Counted from the stretch's first letter, positions 10,862 to 22,908 are shown. The stretch is DNA of 64,000 nucleotides from Poseidonia sp. (GCA_965661285.1 CBFIDD010000002.1:386521-450520), one strand, 5' to 3'. The notes: generated by a model not told the origin, from the sequence alone. Program-made: numbers and translations.

Positions 10862-11431
10862 TTAACTTTCTTTTTTCTTCTCGTGGTCAATGACCGACTT
10901 GCCACGGGCGGAGGGCTCGATGACCAGACGAGCCCCGGGGAAGTGGCGCTCGGTGCCGCCTTGTCCAAACCAGCCCTCCATGAACAGGGCCAAGGCTGCC
11001 ACTTCCGAATGCGGTTGATTGCCCACGGCTACGTTGTATTGGGAATATTCGAAGACATCGCTTGGCACTTTTGCACCGCCGACGACGACCACGACCGGCC
11101 GGTCCCTGCGAATGCGAGGAATGACCTCTCGGTAGGGCTCACCGTACATGGTCAAGTGAACGGCAACCCCTGGTTCTCCATCACCGGCATCGTGCTGCGT
11201 GAATCGGCGTAACCATCCCATGGCTCCCCCGATGTGCTCGCATTCCATGGTGCCCCCAAAGCGGTCGTTCACAGAGGCGACGTTTTCGAAGAGCTCTTTG
11301 TCCTCATCGCCAGCGAGCATGAACTTCGTGGCACCGAGAGCACGAGAAACCAACGCCAGGTGGGTGGTGATGCGAGGGTCCCGTCCCTTGCGGTAGCCCA
11401 ACCTCAAGACGTTGAACGGCGAGGTGCTCAT
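10862..11431 (-). CDS. trm56: tRNA (cytidine(56)-2'-O)-methyltransferase
   Basis: VLRLG.R..RDPRITTH..L..RALGA, VHLTMYG, VGNQPHSEVAALA. Confidence 0.93.
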   Translation of the reverse strand: MSTSPFNVLRLGYRKGRDPRITTHLALVSRALGATKFMLAGDEDKELFENVASVNDRFGGTMECEHIGGAMGWLRRFTQHDAGDGEPGVAVHLTMYGEPYREVIPRIRRDRPVVVVVGGAKVPSDVFEYSQYNVAVGNQPHSEVAALALFMEGWFGQGGTERHFPGARLVIEPSARGKSVIDHEKKKES

Positions 11432-11468
11432 GCCACGGGGAATCCCCTCGCCCTCATGAGGATAGCGT

Positions 11469-12119
11469 TCAATCTTCGGAGACGCCCTTGCCGACACCGG
11501 AACCCGGCGTTTGCTCGTTCCGCTCCGAGAAATCGAAGTCGTTTACGTCCATGAAACGGATGAGCCACTTGAGAAGAAGTGCATTGACGATCAAATTCGA
11601 ACCGTATGTGGTGCCGCCCCAAAGAAGGCCCAATCGGACCGAACGCCAGACGCCGAGCTGAACATCAAGGTCGTAGTTGGCGATAAAGAGGGCCGAAACC
11701 AAGGGTTCGGCGACATAGAGGCCCGCCAAGATGATCATGCCACCAGCAGCGGTTGAAGGCAGAATCTTGCCCATGTCTCGACTGAATTCCGTGAGCAGGG
11801 CCGAAAACAACGAGAGCACCATGACGGCGAGCGCCGCTTGCTCGAAATTGAGGGAAAAGAACACCGAGATACCGTCGGCTAGGTCGTCGTTGTTGCCGCC
11901 GATAAATAACCACCAAATAACGACCATGAGGGTGATGAGCATCCCGCCGTTTTTGGAATCCCTCGCCGCCATGTCGTAGACGTGTTGCGGGGTGCGAGGA
12001 TTCAGGCGCTTCAAAATGCGTTCAGCAAATTCCCAATCTTGGGGCAACTGGCCACCGGCTCCACCGACGTGGGCACCCAAGGAGGCTTCGCCTTCCAGCA
12101 ATGCATCCACCTCGGACAT
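11469..12119 (-). CDS. hypothetical membrane protein (~4 TM)
   Basis: Hydrophobic segments; divergent from folP across a shared TATA-like TTATCAA. Confidence 0.65.
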   Translation of the reverse strand: MSEVDALLEGEASLGAHVGGAGGQLPQDWEFAERILKRLNPRTPQHVYDMAARDSKNGGMLITLMVVIWWLFIGGNNDDLADGISVFFSLNFEQAALAVMVLSLFSALLTEFSRDMGKILPSTAAGGMIILAGLYVAEPLVSALFIANYDLDVQLGVWRSVRLGLLWGGTTYGSNLIVNALLLKWLIRFMDVNDFDFSERNEQTPGSGVGKGVSED

Positions 12120-12171
12120 GCCTACCCGTTCCTCGTAACAACTTATCAAACCTGCCGAACTGGGCAGGGCC

Positions 12172-13029
12172 ATGACCTCGGACTTTGGACACGCACCAAA
12201 CCGCCGAGCACGGATTGCAGAAGCCCTGAAGTTCAATCACGCACCACGAATCATGGGCATCGTCAACGCAACCGAGGACTCATTCTTTGCGGGCAGTCGG
12301 GCTACTGGCCATGATGCCATCCAGCGTGGCGTTGCCATGTGGGACGCCGGTGCCACCTGGATTGATGTCGGTGGTGAATCCACACGACCCGGAGCCGGAC
12401 CCGTCAGCATCATCGCAGAAAAGAAGCGTGTGGTCCCCGTTATCGAAGGCCTGCGGGCCGCCCGTCCGGAGGGTTTGATCTCCGTTGATACGCGCCACGC
12501 AGAAGTGGCCAGGGCGGCCCTCCAAGCAGGTGCTGACATGGTCAATGACGTCTCGGGTTTGCGCGACCCTGCCATGGTTGAACTCGTGGTGGAGACGGGC
12601 TGTGCTGTATGCATCATGCACATGCAGGGCGAGCCCGGTTCCATGCAAGACAACCCTTCCTACGCAGATGTGGTCAGCGAGGTGGGTCAGATGCTTGAGG
12701 ACGTGAAGGCCGAACTCGTGGGACGGGGACATCCAGAAGCGCTGATTTGCATCGACCCGGGCATTGGATTTGGAAAAACGCAAGACCACAACATTGCCCT
12801 CCTCCAAGCCGGTCGCAGCGTGTTGAAATCCAATGGCGCCATCCTTTGGGGCGTTTCGAGAAAAAGTGTCGTGGGACATCTCACCGGGCACGCCAACCCG
12901 GAGGACCGCCTTGCTGGAACCTTGGGTTTGGCGGCCGTGGCCCACCGCATGAACATCGACATCCTTCGGGTACACGATGTGCAGGAGCACGCGGACCTGT
13001 TGGCAGCGTTGGCCATCCACTCAGCCTAA
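12172..13029 (+). CDS. folP: dihydropteroate synthase
   Basis: IMGIVNATEDSF, IDVGGESTRPG, ISVDT, NDVSG, IDPGIGFGK, SRKS, RVHDV. Confidence 0.96.
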   Translation: MTSDFGHAPNRRARIAEALKFNHAPRIMGIVNATEDSFFAGSRATGHDAIQRGVAMWDAGATWIDVGGESTRPGAGPVSIIAEKKRVVPVIEGLRAARPEGLISVDTRHAEVARAALQAGADMVNDVSGLRDPAMVELVVETGCAVCIMHMQGEPGSMQDNPSYADVVSEVGQMLEDVKAELVGRGHPEALICIDPGIGFGKTQDHNIALLQAGRSVLKSNGAILWGVSRKSVVGHLTGHANPEDRLAGTLGLAAVAHRMNIDILRVHDVQEHADLLAALAIHSA

Positions 13030-14181
13030 TCCAAGACCGCCCAAGAGAATCAAGGGAGCCGCCCAAGCACCCAGCATTGAGCCAAGGTTGGTCAGGGCCG
13101 TCACGAGCAGGACCTTTCCCGCGGGGTTTGACCAAAACGAGGACAAGTCATCGAGTTTGAGGAAGTGTTGGAGGTCTTCAGCGGTCGGCTCAGCGAGTCG
13201 GAGTTGGACATACCCGGCAAACCAACCGGCGGCAAGGGCTGGATTCAGTGAGGTGATCGGAGAGGCGAGGGCTGCGGTGAGCACCGCCAGTGGATGCCCG
13301 CGAGCAAGAAGGCAAGCCAACGCGGCAAACACGGCGTTGGCTGCCGTCCAGACGGTGAAGAAGGTCAACCAGTCAATGTCCTGGCTTGTGGAGAGCACCG
13401 CGGCCAAAACCCCGATCATCACGAGGGGAAACGCCCAAGGAAGAAACCTCCGAACGGTCGATGGCGAAGGGAGTTCTTCAAGGGCTTCGGAATCTATAGA
13501 ATCTGGTTCATCGCTCAATTTTTCAGCAACACCGTTGAGGTGACCTGCACCGAGCACCGCCAAGATTCGTTTCTCACCATCGAGCGCATTCAGTTTTGCT
13601 GCGATGTATCCGTCTCGCTCGTCGATGAGGACCTCACCAGCACCGGGCGAGAACCCCTTCAGTTCCTCCATCATGGAGGACAAGAGGTCGCTGTCTTGGA
13701 GTAACTCGTTGACGTCGAGCTCATCCTCGTCCTCTTCCTCTGCCAGCAGGGAGGTCAGGAGACGCCATTTTTCTCGCAGTCGCATGCGTTTCCATGCCCG
13801 GCGCAGCGTGGTCTGAATGTCCCGGTCAACCAAGGCGACTTCACAACCCACTTCGTTGGCAACCTCCACAGCAGCCAAGAGTTCGGCGCCAGGTTGTTGC
13901 CCTTCGTTGATACCAAGTTTCCGCTGCTCTGCAGAGAGCATGGACTGCAACAGCACCATCGGCGCTTTACCTTCTTTGATCACTTTGAGCAGGCCTTCCT
14001 TGTCCAAACGGCGGTCGCTTACCAAGGTATCATGGCGGCTTTGGCACAACTCCACCGCCACAATATCGGGCTGGTATTCGGCGATCTGTTGACGCACCGC
14101 TTCAACCGATGAAGTGGCGATATGCGCTGTCCCGAGCAGTCGGAGGTTTGGTGCGATATCAATCAATGGAGCGGTCGTCAT
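13021..14181 (-). CDS. TraB/PrgY family protein
   Basis: LLGTAHI, VAVELC..R, DRDIQTTL, LIDERD, GAGH, C-terminal TMs. Confidence 0.9.
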   Translation of the reverse strand: MTTAPLIDIAPNLRLLGTAHIATSSVEAVRQQIAEYQPDIVAVELCQSRHDTLVSDRRLDKEGLLKVIKEGKAPMVLLQSMLSAEQRKLGINEGQQPGAELLAAVEVANEVGCEVALVDRDIQTTLRRAWKRMRLREKWRLLTSLLAEEEDEDELDVNELLQDSDLLSSMMEELKGFSPGAGEVLIDERDGYIAAKLNALDGEKRILAVLGAGHLNGVAEKLSDEPDSIDSEALEELPSPSTVRRFLPWAFPLVMIGVLAAVLSTSQDIDWLTFFTVWTAANAVFAALACLLARGHPLAVLTAALASPITSLNPALAAGWFAGYVQLRLAEPTAEDLQHFLKLDDLSSFWSNPAGKVLLVTALTNLGSMLGAWAAPLILLGGLGLG

Positions 14182-14221
14182 GGAGGAACCTCATGCAGGT
14201 AGCTTGAGGAGCCGAACGGTT

Positions 14222-14797
14222 TCAGAACGAAATTTGAACGTTCTCACGAGCGATGCCCTCAACGGACCAGAGTTCTCGGCGAACGGAGCCCTTGATGCCT
14301 GCAACGATGTTGGAGGGGATCATCTGAATGGCCTTGTTGTAGTTGGTCGAAGCTGCGTTGTAGAATTCTCGGCGGTCGGCCAGTTGGTTTTCCAACGAAA
14401 CGAGTTGGTTTTGCAGGTTCAAGAAGTTGGCGTTGGCCTTGAGGTCGGGGTATTGCTCAGCGACCATGTTGATTCGAGGAAGCATGCCAGCAAGCATGCC
14501 TTCTGCAGCAGCAACGCCTGCGACATCGCCTTGAGCGAGGGCGCCCGCAGCGGTTTGGCGAGCTTGGGCGAATTGGTCAAAAATCCCAGCTTCGTGCTCA
14601 GCATATCCCTTGACGATGTTCACCATGTTGGGGATCATGTCGTATCGCTGGTTGAGAATAACGTCGATGTTATTCCACGCGTTTTGGGCATTTTCATCGA
14701 GGTTGATGAGGCGGTTCCAGGTTGAGAAGAACCAGACGATGAGAATCAGCACGAAGACGCCGCCCACGGCGAGGGCAACAATGGTTGTAGTATCCAT
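14222..14797 (-). CDS. lemA: LemA family protein
   Basis: N-terminal TM, AWNNIDV.L.QRYD.IPN, EQYPDLKAN.NF..LQ, RREFYN. Confidence 0.93.
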   Translation of the reverse strand: MDTTTIVALAVGGVFVLILIVWFFSTWNRLINLDENAQNAWNNIDVILNQRYDMIPNMVNIVKGYAEHEAGIFDQFAQARQTAAGALAQGDVAGVAAAEGMLAGMLPRINMVAEQYPDLKANANFLNLQNQLVSLENQLADRREFYNAASTNYNKAIQMIPSNIVAGIKGSVRRELWSVEGIARENVQISF

Positions 14798-14919
14798 AAT
14801 GGCCTGCAGCCGGAGTACCCTAATGAAACCTTCTCCAGAGAACATCCGGTGTGGGACAACATCATGAACGGACCACACACAGGCCGAAATTACACCCGCA
14901 CTTGGGCGGAGGCCTCGTG

Positions 14920-15732
14920 ATGATGGAAACACTCGTGCTGATGGCGGGGGTTGTTTTTGTGGCCTTTGTGTTCGCCCCCGTTGGCCTTGGGGGCGGTATG
15001 CTCTTTGTTCCACTTCTGCACTATGTTGGCGATTGGCCAATCGATGGCACCCTTCTGGCGGTCTCCCTTGTTTTGACCTGGGCGGTGAGCATCGGTAGCG
15101 GGCTCAAGCACCGAAAAGAAGGATTCGTCCACGCTGCAGCGGCCAACTCCGCCCGGTACGGTGCCGTCATGGGGGCTTTGATTGGGGTTGGCATCGTTGT
15201 GGCCCTCGGCGACCGGCTGGACGGCGTGTTCAAAATGCTCTCCATCGTCATGCTGGTTTGGGCTTTGAACAGAACCTGGAAAAAACGGAAGCGAGGAGGC
15301 CCTCTCGAGGAACACGAAGGCCAAACTGGCGACATTCGCCATCTGCAACTCCGCGTCGGCAGCAGCATTGGCGGCGCCCTCTCAGCGGTCTTGGGGATCG
15401 GAGCGGGCGTTATTTACGTCCCCGTGCTGCAACAACAGGTGGGCCTGGGGCCCCGAACCGCCATTGGTTCAAGCCTGTCCGTCATGATGGTGGTGGTTCC
15501 CGTTGCGATCGCCACCCTCCTCATCACGGCACCCGAAGGTTTGGTCGAGGAACTGAGGTCGCAACCGTGGTGGCTCTATCTGTTGCCGTTGTTGGCTGTT
15601 GGAGGCGCAGCAGCAGGTGCAAAATTCGGCATAGAGCGCATCAGCAAGGAGAACATCATGAACATCTTCATGACGCTGATCGCCATCGTGCTGATTCGCT
15701 ATGTCGTGGATGTCGCTACGCTCTTCACTTGA
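14920..15732 (+). CDS. TauE/SafE family permease
   Basis: Duplicated GLGGG/GIGAG..VP motifs, multiple TMs. Confidence 0.85.
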   Translation: MMETLVLMAGVVFVAFVFAPVGLGGGMLFVPLLHYVGDWPIDGTLLAVSLVLTWAVSIGSGLKHRKEGFVHAAAANSARYGAVMGALIGVGIVVALGDRLDGVFKMLSIVMLVWALNRTWKKRKRGGPLEEHEGQTGDIRHLQLRVGSSIGGALSAVLGIGAGVIYVPVLQQQVGLGPRTAIGSSLSVMMVVVPVAIATLLITAPEGLVEELRSQPWWLYLLPLLAVGGAAAGAKFGIERISKENIMNIFMTLIAIVLIRYVVDVATLFT

Positions 15733-16948
15733 GCGTCTCGATAACCATAGCGATGCCTTGCCCGCCACCGATACAGGCAGTCGCCACACCGTAGCGGCCG
15801 CCTGAGCGGTGAAGTTCGTGAGCAAGGGTCAGCACCAATCGTGTGCCGGTCGCGGCGAGCGGATGGCCCAAGCCAACCGCTCCTCCGTTCACGTTGACCT
15901 TCTCGACATCAAGGCCGAGGTCGTTGATGCAGGCAACGGCTTGTCCGGCAAAGGCTTCGTTGATTTCCCAGCGGTCAATATCCTCAACGGTCAATCCAGC
16001 TCGTTCAAGGGCTTGGCGTGAAGAGGGGACGGGCCCGTAGGCCATGATGGCCGGCTCGAGCCCAACGATGCCCCACGAAACGATTCGGGCCAGGGGCTTG
16101 TCGCCGTCGGCTTCGGCTTGGCTGGCGGATTTAATGACCACAGCCGCTGCACCGTCAACAACCCCCGAGGCGTTTCCTGCCGTGACGAAGGATTCGGGCC
16201 CGAAGGCGGTTGGAAGCCCTGAGAGGGATTCTTGGGTTGTGCCTCGAACGACGTGGTCTTCGTCGCTGTGGTTCAGCACCGTTTCACCACGGCGTGATTT
16301 GATGGTGACCGGCACGATTTCCGCCTCAAACACACCGTTGTCGATGGAGGAGGTGGTTCGTGCGTGGGAGAGCGCCGCAAAGGTATCGATTTCTTCTCGC
16401 GTCACGCCCTTTCGTCGGCACAGCTCATCGGAGGTTTGGGCCATGAACAAACCGCAGGTCATGTCTTGAAGGTTGGTCATCATGTAGTCTTCGACCTTGG
16501 GTGAGCGACCAAGTTTCCAGCCGTCCCGTGCTCCTCGAAGAATGTGCGGGGCTTGCGAAAGGTTCTCCATGCCGCCTGAAACCACGGTTTTGGCTTCACC
16601 GAGCATGATCATTTGGGCCCCAGAGACGATGGACTGGATGCCCGAGCCGCAGATTCTGGAGAGGGTGAGCATGGGCACTTCTTGAGGAATCCCGGCCTTC
16701 AGGCCAGCATGGCGAGCACCGTAGATGGACTGCGAACAGGTCTGCAGGGCATAGCCCATGACCACATGGTCCACGGATTCCGCAGCCGTTCCGGTCTTTT
16801 CGAGTGCGCCCTGAATGGCGATGGCACCAAGTTCTTGGGCGCTCACGGTCTTCAGGGCACCGCCCGCTTTTCCGTCGCCGCGCTTTCCACCAACCCATTC
16901 ACAAAACGGTGTTCGAGCACCGCCAACAATGACCACGTCTTCGCTCAT
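15725..16948 (-). CDS. thiolase (acetyl-CoA acetyltransferase)
   Basis: RICGSG, TAGNASG..DGAAA, EINEAFA, GHPLAATG, CIGGGQG. Confidence 0.95.
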   Translation of the reverse strand: MSEDVVIVGGARTPFCEWVGGKRGDGKAGGALKTVSAQELGAIAIQGALEKTGTAAESVDHVVMGYALQTCSQSIYGARHAGLKAGIPQEVPMLTLSRICGSGIQSIVSGAQMIMLGEAKTVVSGGMENLSQAPHILRGARDGWKLGRSPKVEDYMMTNLQDMTCGLFMAQTSDELCRRKGVTREEIDTFAALSHARTTSSIDNGVFEAEIVPVTIKSRRGETVLNHSDEDHVVRGTTQESLSGLPTAFGPESFVTAGNASGVVDGAAAVVIKSASQAEADGDKPLARIVSWGIVGLEPAIMAYGPVPSSRQALERAGLTVEDIDRWEINEAFAGQAVACINDLGLDVEKVNVNGGAVGLGHPLAATGTRLVLTLAHELHRSGGRYGVATACIGGGQGIAMVIETLK

Positions 16949-17012
16949 GATTCGCTGGACCCCAAAGCGGGGTATGAACATCACGCCTCTTGGCGTTTGG
17001 AGGAATCGTGGG

Positions 17013-17657
17013 TCAACCGAACAATTTGCTGTCGTCCAGACCGTTGTTGGACACCATCAACGGGATCGCCACAATCAAGCCACAGATGGCGTTGCAGAAC
17101 AACACCATGACCATGCCAACACCTTGAACGATGCCGCCCACATCTTGGAGGGCGTCGTACTCTTCCTGCGTGATGTCTTGGTCTTCCAACATTTGGTCGT
17201 AGATCTCGTCGACCATGGTAAGTTGTCCCATGCCCACACCAGCGCTCAGAATGATCGCAAGGAGAAGCACCATCACGCCGCGTCGCTGATAATTCATCAA
17301 CATCACACCACCGACAACAGTGGCGACACCAAGACCGATGTTGGCCACGTCAAAGCTGATGAGAGCGGCGTTGTCCATGGATAATGAGCCTAGGAGATTG
17401 AAGACGTTGCCGAGCACGCCAGCGAGTACCCCGTAAATGATGACGAGGATACCGATGACCTTCGCTGCGCCAGACGGCGGTTGAAGATAGATGAGTTGCC
17501 CGGTGGGCATTTGGGTGGTCCCCGTGAGCATCGTGCCCTGGTTCATCGGTGAATAGCCATCCGAGATGGAGACCGGTTGGGGGGCGGTGGACATGGCGTC
17601 GTCTGGTTTGGGTTGGGCTTTTTCAGGGACATCGTCCCACGGTGAATCACCTTGCAT
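17013..17657 (-). CDS. hypothetical membrane protein
   Basis: Pro/Gln-rich N-terminus followed by ~4 TM segments. Confidence 0.65.
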   Translation of the reverse strand: MQGDSPWDDVPEKAQPKPDDAMSTAPQPVSISDGYSPMNQGTMLTGTTQMPTGQLIYLQPPSGAAKVIGILVIIYGVLAGVLGNVFNLLGSLSMDNAALISFDVANIGLGVATVVGGVMLMNYQRRGVMVLLLAIILSAGVGMGQLTMVDEIYDQMLEDQDITQEEYDALQDVGGIVQGVGMVMVLFCNAICGLIVAIPLMVSNNGLDDSKLFG

Positions 17658-17752
17658 GGCGAATGCTAGGCTTGGTGCCCTTTGATAGTTTCTCGTATTC
17701 TACGGAAGGGTCGTGTTCTTGAAGCAGGAACGCTTGGTTTGAGACAGGGGGC

Positions 17753-18637
17753 GTGGAAATGAACATCCTGGTGGTTTTCAAGAAAAACTTCGAGGGCGTC
17801 CACGATGAGGGGCTGATGTCGCTCAAAGAAATCCTGAACCGGGTGGCATCGACGACCCACCATATCGACTACAAGCCTCGGGAACATGTTCGGAGAGCCG
17901 ATTTTATCGCCCGTGATTTGGTGATCGTGTTCGGCGGCGATGGCACCCTCACCTCGCTGTCCCACAACATCGATGCTGCCACGCCGGTCATGGGCGTGAA
18001 TTCCCATCCCCGAACCGAAGACCCCGAGGGAAGTTATGGATTCTACATGGACTCCTCCACCTCAACATTCGAGGAGGATTTCGCCAGCGTGGTCGCCGGA
18101 AGCGCCATCATCAACGAACTGCCCCGTCTTCAAGCCATCATCGACACGACCTCGGGCAACCGATTCACCAGCGACCCTGCCATGAACGATTTGCTCATCG
18201 CCAACACGCACCAATACGCTCCGAGCAAGTACCACCTGCGACGTGGCGACCAGCAAGGCCACCAGCAGAGCAGCGGGTTGTTGTTCTCAACATGGTACGG
18301 ACAGGGCGCCTGGCTTCGAAACGCCATGGGCGACGCCGAATTTTCCGCCCTAAAGCAACGGGCTGGAAACAACCGCTCACCGCACCACTACTTCGTCCTC
18401 GCAAGGGACCTCTCACCCGAACAGCGGCAATTGATGCCGTGGGCGTGGGCCGATTGGACCGACGAAGAAACGACCATCACATCGGACATGCATCGTGGCT
18501 ACGTGGTCCCCGACGGTTGGGACGAGGTGCACTTCAACCGGGGCGCCACCATCACGGTCAATGCCGAGGCCCCAACGCTGACGCTCTTGACGTTCAGGAC
18601 GACCATCGAGGCGAAACTGAGCGCCGCCTTCAACTGA
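17753..18637 (+). CDS. NAD kinase family protein
   Basis: FGGDGTL, PVMGVNS, ND motif, SSGL..ST..G..AW. Confidence 0.8.
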   Translation: MEMNILVVFKKNFEGVHDEGLMSLKEILNRVASTTHHIDYKPREHVRRADFIARDLVIVFGGDGTLTSLSHNIDAATPVMGVNSHPRTEDPEGSYGFYMDSSTSTFEEDFASVVAGSAIINELPRLQAIIDTTSGNRFTSDPAMNDLLIANTHQYAPSKYHLRRGDQQGHQQSSGLLFSTWYGQGAWLRNAMGDAEFSALKQRAGNNRSPHHYFVLARDLSPEQRQLMPWAWADWTDEETTITSDMHRGYVVPDGWDEVHFNRGATITVNAEAPTLTLLTFRTTIEAKLSAAFN

Positions 18638-18690
18638 AACCGATTGGCGCGTTCGCCAAATCGGTGTAAAAAGTAAACTTGGTGATCGAT

Positions 18691-18734
18691 AAAAAAAGGG
18701 TTGGAGACTGGGGTCGCAAGCGACCCCAGCCTCC
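18691..18734 (-). terminator. GC hairpin plus T7 tract immediately downstream of 16S
   Basis: Minus strand GGAGGCTGGGGTCGC-TT-GCGACCCCAGTCTCC followed by AACCC and T7. Confidence 0.65.
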
Positions 18735-18741
18735 GGTTTCT

Positions 18742-20198
<1,457 letters not shown>

Positions 20199-20466
20199 TC
20201 TCTTGTTTCGATCCTTTGGCTACCTGTCGCATTGAATTTGATTTGCTGACCTAAAATTGATTGGCGAGAGAATAATGCACTTGAGCTCTTTGCACAAATA
20301 CGTCATAATCTCGATCACCTACCTGACCCCAAAGCCCGAGTAGGCCTGCTTGGGATCGCAATCGCTTCGGCTTTGCATCAGGGAGGATGGAGACGGTCAT
20401 TGTCCGAAGACTCTGCCCCCAACGCCGTTCCCATACGACGCAAGCAACCAAGCCACATACAACCTG

Positions 20467-20472
20467 TATATG
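20467..20472 (-). promoter_or_regulatory. probable TATA box of the 16S gene
   Basis: CATATA on the minus strand about 270 nt upstream of mature 16S; same motif upstream of rpl3 and rpl41e. Confidence 0.5.
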
Positions 20473-20531
20473 AACATAACCGCCGCCAAAGCGCCTCAAA
20501 AATGAGGCACTGCGAGCCAAACCGAGTCAAA

Positions 20532-20909
20532 TCAAGGGTTCTCAGCGTCATCGAAGGTCCAGAACGAGGCTGCGGGTGCATCGGCCGATTCCACCTCATC
20601 CGCCTTCTCGATACCTGCTGGCTCACCTTTCTGGGTCAACCCGTAGCCCCACACACCGCCCTTATTCTCGCTCATCGGTGCCTCCGAGGGAGAACCAGCG
20701 GGTTCATCATCGGGCACCTCGGTTCGGTCCTCGCCCGTGCTGGCGACCCTCTCCGGCTGGACGAACTCCCCGGGGTATCGCTGGACCAACACATGGTGCA
20801 AGAGTCGCTGGGCATCCTCGGTGGAACGCACGGTGGTCAAGCCAGCCCCTTCGTAGAGCGGACGCCTGTACATCTCCTTGAACGGACGGTCGCCGTATGG
20901 CTCCAGCAT
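20532..20909 (-). CDS. hypothetical protein (start uncertain)
   Basis: ORF between secY and the 16S promoter; acidic C-terminus. Confidence 0.45.
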   Translation of the reverse strand: MLEPYGDRPFKEMYRRPLYEGAGLTTVRSTEDAQRLLHHVLVQRYPGEFVQPERVASTGEDRTEVPDDEPAGSPSEAPMSENKGGVWGYGLTQKGEPAGIEKADEVESADAPAASFWTFDDAENP

Positions 20910-20976
20910 GAATTCAGGGTCATGCCCGGCTCGCCTTCCACCATGAATGATGAACCGTTCTCCTCCAAATGAAGGA

Positions 20977-22908
20977 TTACTCGGCACCGAAGAACTGGCG
21001 TATCATCGGGTGCATTTCCATGGCCTGTTCCTTCTGGATTTGCTCGTAGGTACGTAGAATGATACCGACGGCCAAAAGCAGTCCTGTACCCGTCGCGTTA
21101 CCTACCGTACCCAGCAGGTCTGCACCTGCTGCGAGTAGACCCACAAACGCACCGGAGAAGTAGGTCACCGGCGGAATGTAGTTCTCAAGGATCTTCTCCA
21201 GAACCTTGGGGTTCTTTCGGAACCCGGGAATCTGCATGCCCGTGCGTTCGATTTGCTTGGCGACGTCCTTGGTACCCATGTTGGTGGTGTCAATCCAGAA
21301 CTTCGCGAAGACCATCGAACCGACCGTCATCAACGCCACATAGAACACCACGTGGACCATGATTTGCGTTAAGGAGTGACCAAAGACGTCACCCTGCTGG
21401 TTGAGCAGCGGAATCAGCCAGTCGTTCACGCCGTTCACCATGCTGGCGTACCAGGCAAACCCGCCTGAAGCCGTGGTCTGGCCCGGTTCATACGTACCGA
21501 TGAAGGCTGACGCCGACATCCAACCGTTCTGACCGAGAATCGGTGTTTGACTGAGCGTCGGATGGCTCCAGAACAAGAGCGTGAACATGTTGATGTTGGC
21601 AAGGAGGGCCGCCATCAAAATGACCGGAATGTTCGATGCGTAGACCAAACGAATCGGGTACTTACCACGATGGCCACGAACCTTGCCGTGGGTAAGTGGC
21701 AATTCGAGCTTGCTGGATTCTGCGTAAGCCACGACGAGGAACACAATGATCGACGAGACCAAAGCCGCAACGGGATTGACGTGCGTCAGTAGCATCACTT
21801 CGAACCCGTTTGATTGAATCATTTCGTAGTTGGTTGACTCCCTGAACATGTAGAAAATCATCGGTAGTGTCCCGGAAGGTGGGTTCTGAATGGAGTAGGG
21901 TGCACCGGTGGTGGTGGCGAGTGGCGAGAGCGTTCCCACAAACGTGGATTGTGCCACACCGGCGGCGATAAACAGCGAGATACCGGACCCAATACCCCAC
22001 TTGCTGACGAGTTCGTCAAGCAGGAACACGAGGTAGGAACCGGCGAAGAGTTGCGCCACGATCACGAAGTTGGCCCAACCGAGACCGTAAGCGTCAATGA
22101 GCCACTCGCTGGGGTCGAGGAACCCGTAGGTTTGTGGAATCGATTCGATGGGAATCATGATGAGAACGAGGAGTTTCTGCACACCTTGGTACATGGCCTT
22201 GTCTTCTGAGTTGCTGAGGTCAAGACGGATGATCTTGGCACCGGCGAACAACTGCATGATAATGGAGCCCGTAACGATGGGACCGATACCCAAGTGCATG
22301 ATGGTACCTGAAGCACCGGCCATGATGGAGCGGAACCCACTGAACAAGTCAAGGGCTTGACCAGAGAGACCGAACAACATGACGTTGGTCATGGCGAAGT
22401 AGATGATGAGCACAAAGGTGGTGGTCCACATCTTCTCGTTGAAGCGAACGTGTCGCTCAGGCTTGGTGATGGTCGGGTAAACGTCCACGAAGCGGCTGAG
22501 AGCATAGAGACGGCTGCTTTGGTCGCCGCTCCACATGAAACATGTCAAAATGGCAGCAGCAGCAAAGCCGAGCAAAATGATGCCCACGAGGAAAAAGCCC
22601 ACGCCTTCATCATAACCGCCCCAGGCATCGGGACGGACGTACCACACGGCAATGGAGAGGAAGGCGAGCCAACCCGTCAGTTTACCGTAGCGGCCAACAA
22701 AGGGCATGTCCTTGAGTCCGGGTGGAAGGTCGCGCTGGAAACACAGCATGCAGTAGCCCAGGTAGAACACGGAGAACACCAAGCCGAACACAGCGGCGTC
22801 TCGCGCTTGCCCGGTCCCTGACAGTTCGTCTGACTGCCAGTAGATCAACAGGGCGTAGTACAGGACACCGGTCAGTGCGATGGCCCATGGAATTGGCTTA
22901 TGCTTCAT
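20977..22908 (-). CDS. secY: preprotein translocase SecY with N-terminal membrane extension
   Basis: LGIGPIVTGSIIMQL, DELVSKWGIGSGISLFIAAG, YASNIPVIL, QIPGFR, GTGLLLAV. Confidence 0.96.
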   Translation of the reverse strand: MKHKPIPWAIALTGVLYYALLIYWQSDELSGTGQARDAAVFGLVFSVFYLGYCMLCFQRDLPPGLKDMPFVGRYGKLTGWLAFLSIAVWYVRPDAWGGYDEGVGFFLVGIILLGFAAAAILTCFMWSGDQSSRLYALSRFVDVYPTITKPERHVRFNEKMWTTTFVLIIYFAMTNVMLFGLSGQALDLFSGFRSIMAGASGTIMHLGIGPIVTGSIIMQLFAGAKIIRLDLSNSEDKAMYQGVQKLLVLIMIPIESIPQTYGFLDPSEWLIDAYGLGWANFVIVAQLFAGSYLVFLLDELVSKWGIGSGISLFIAAGVAQSTFVGTLSPLATTTGAPYSIQNPPSGTLPMIFYMFRESTNYEMIQSNGFEVMLLTHVNPVAALVSSIIVFLVVAYAESSKLELPLTHGKVRGHRGKYPIRLVYASNIPVILMAALLANINMFTLLFWSHPTLSQTPILGQNGWMSASAFIGTYEPGQTTASGGFAWYASMVNGVNDWLIPLLNQQGDVFGHSLTQIMVHVVFYVALMTVGSMVFAKFWIDTTNMGTKDVAKQIERTGMQIPGFRKNPKVLEKILENYIPPVTYFSGAFVGLLAAGADLLGTVGNATGTGLLLAVGIILRTYEQIQKEQAMEMHPMIRQFFGAE

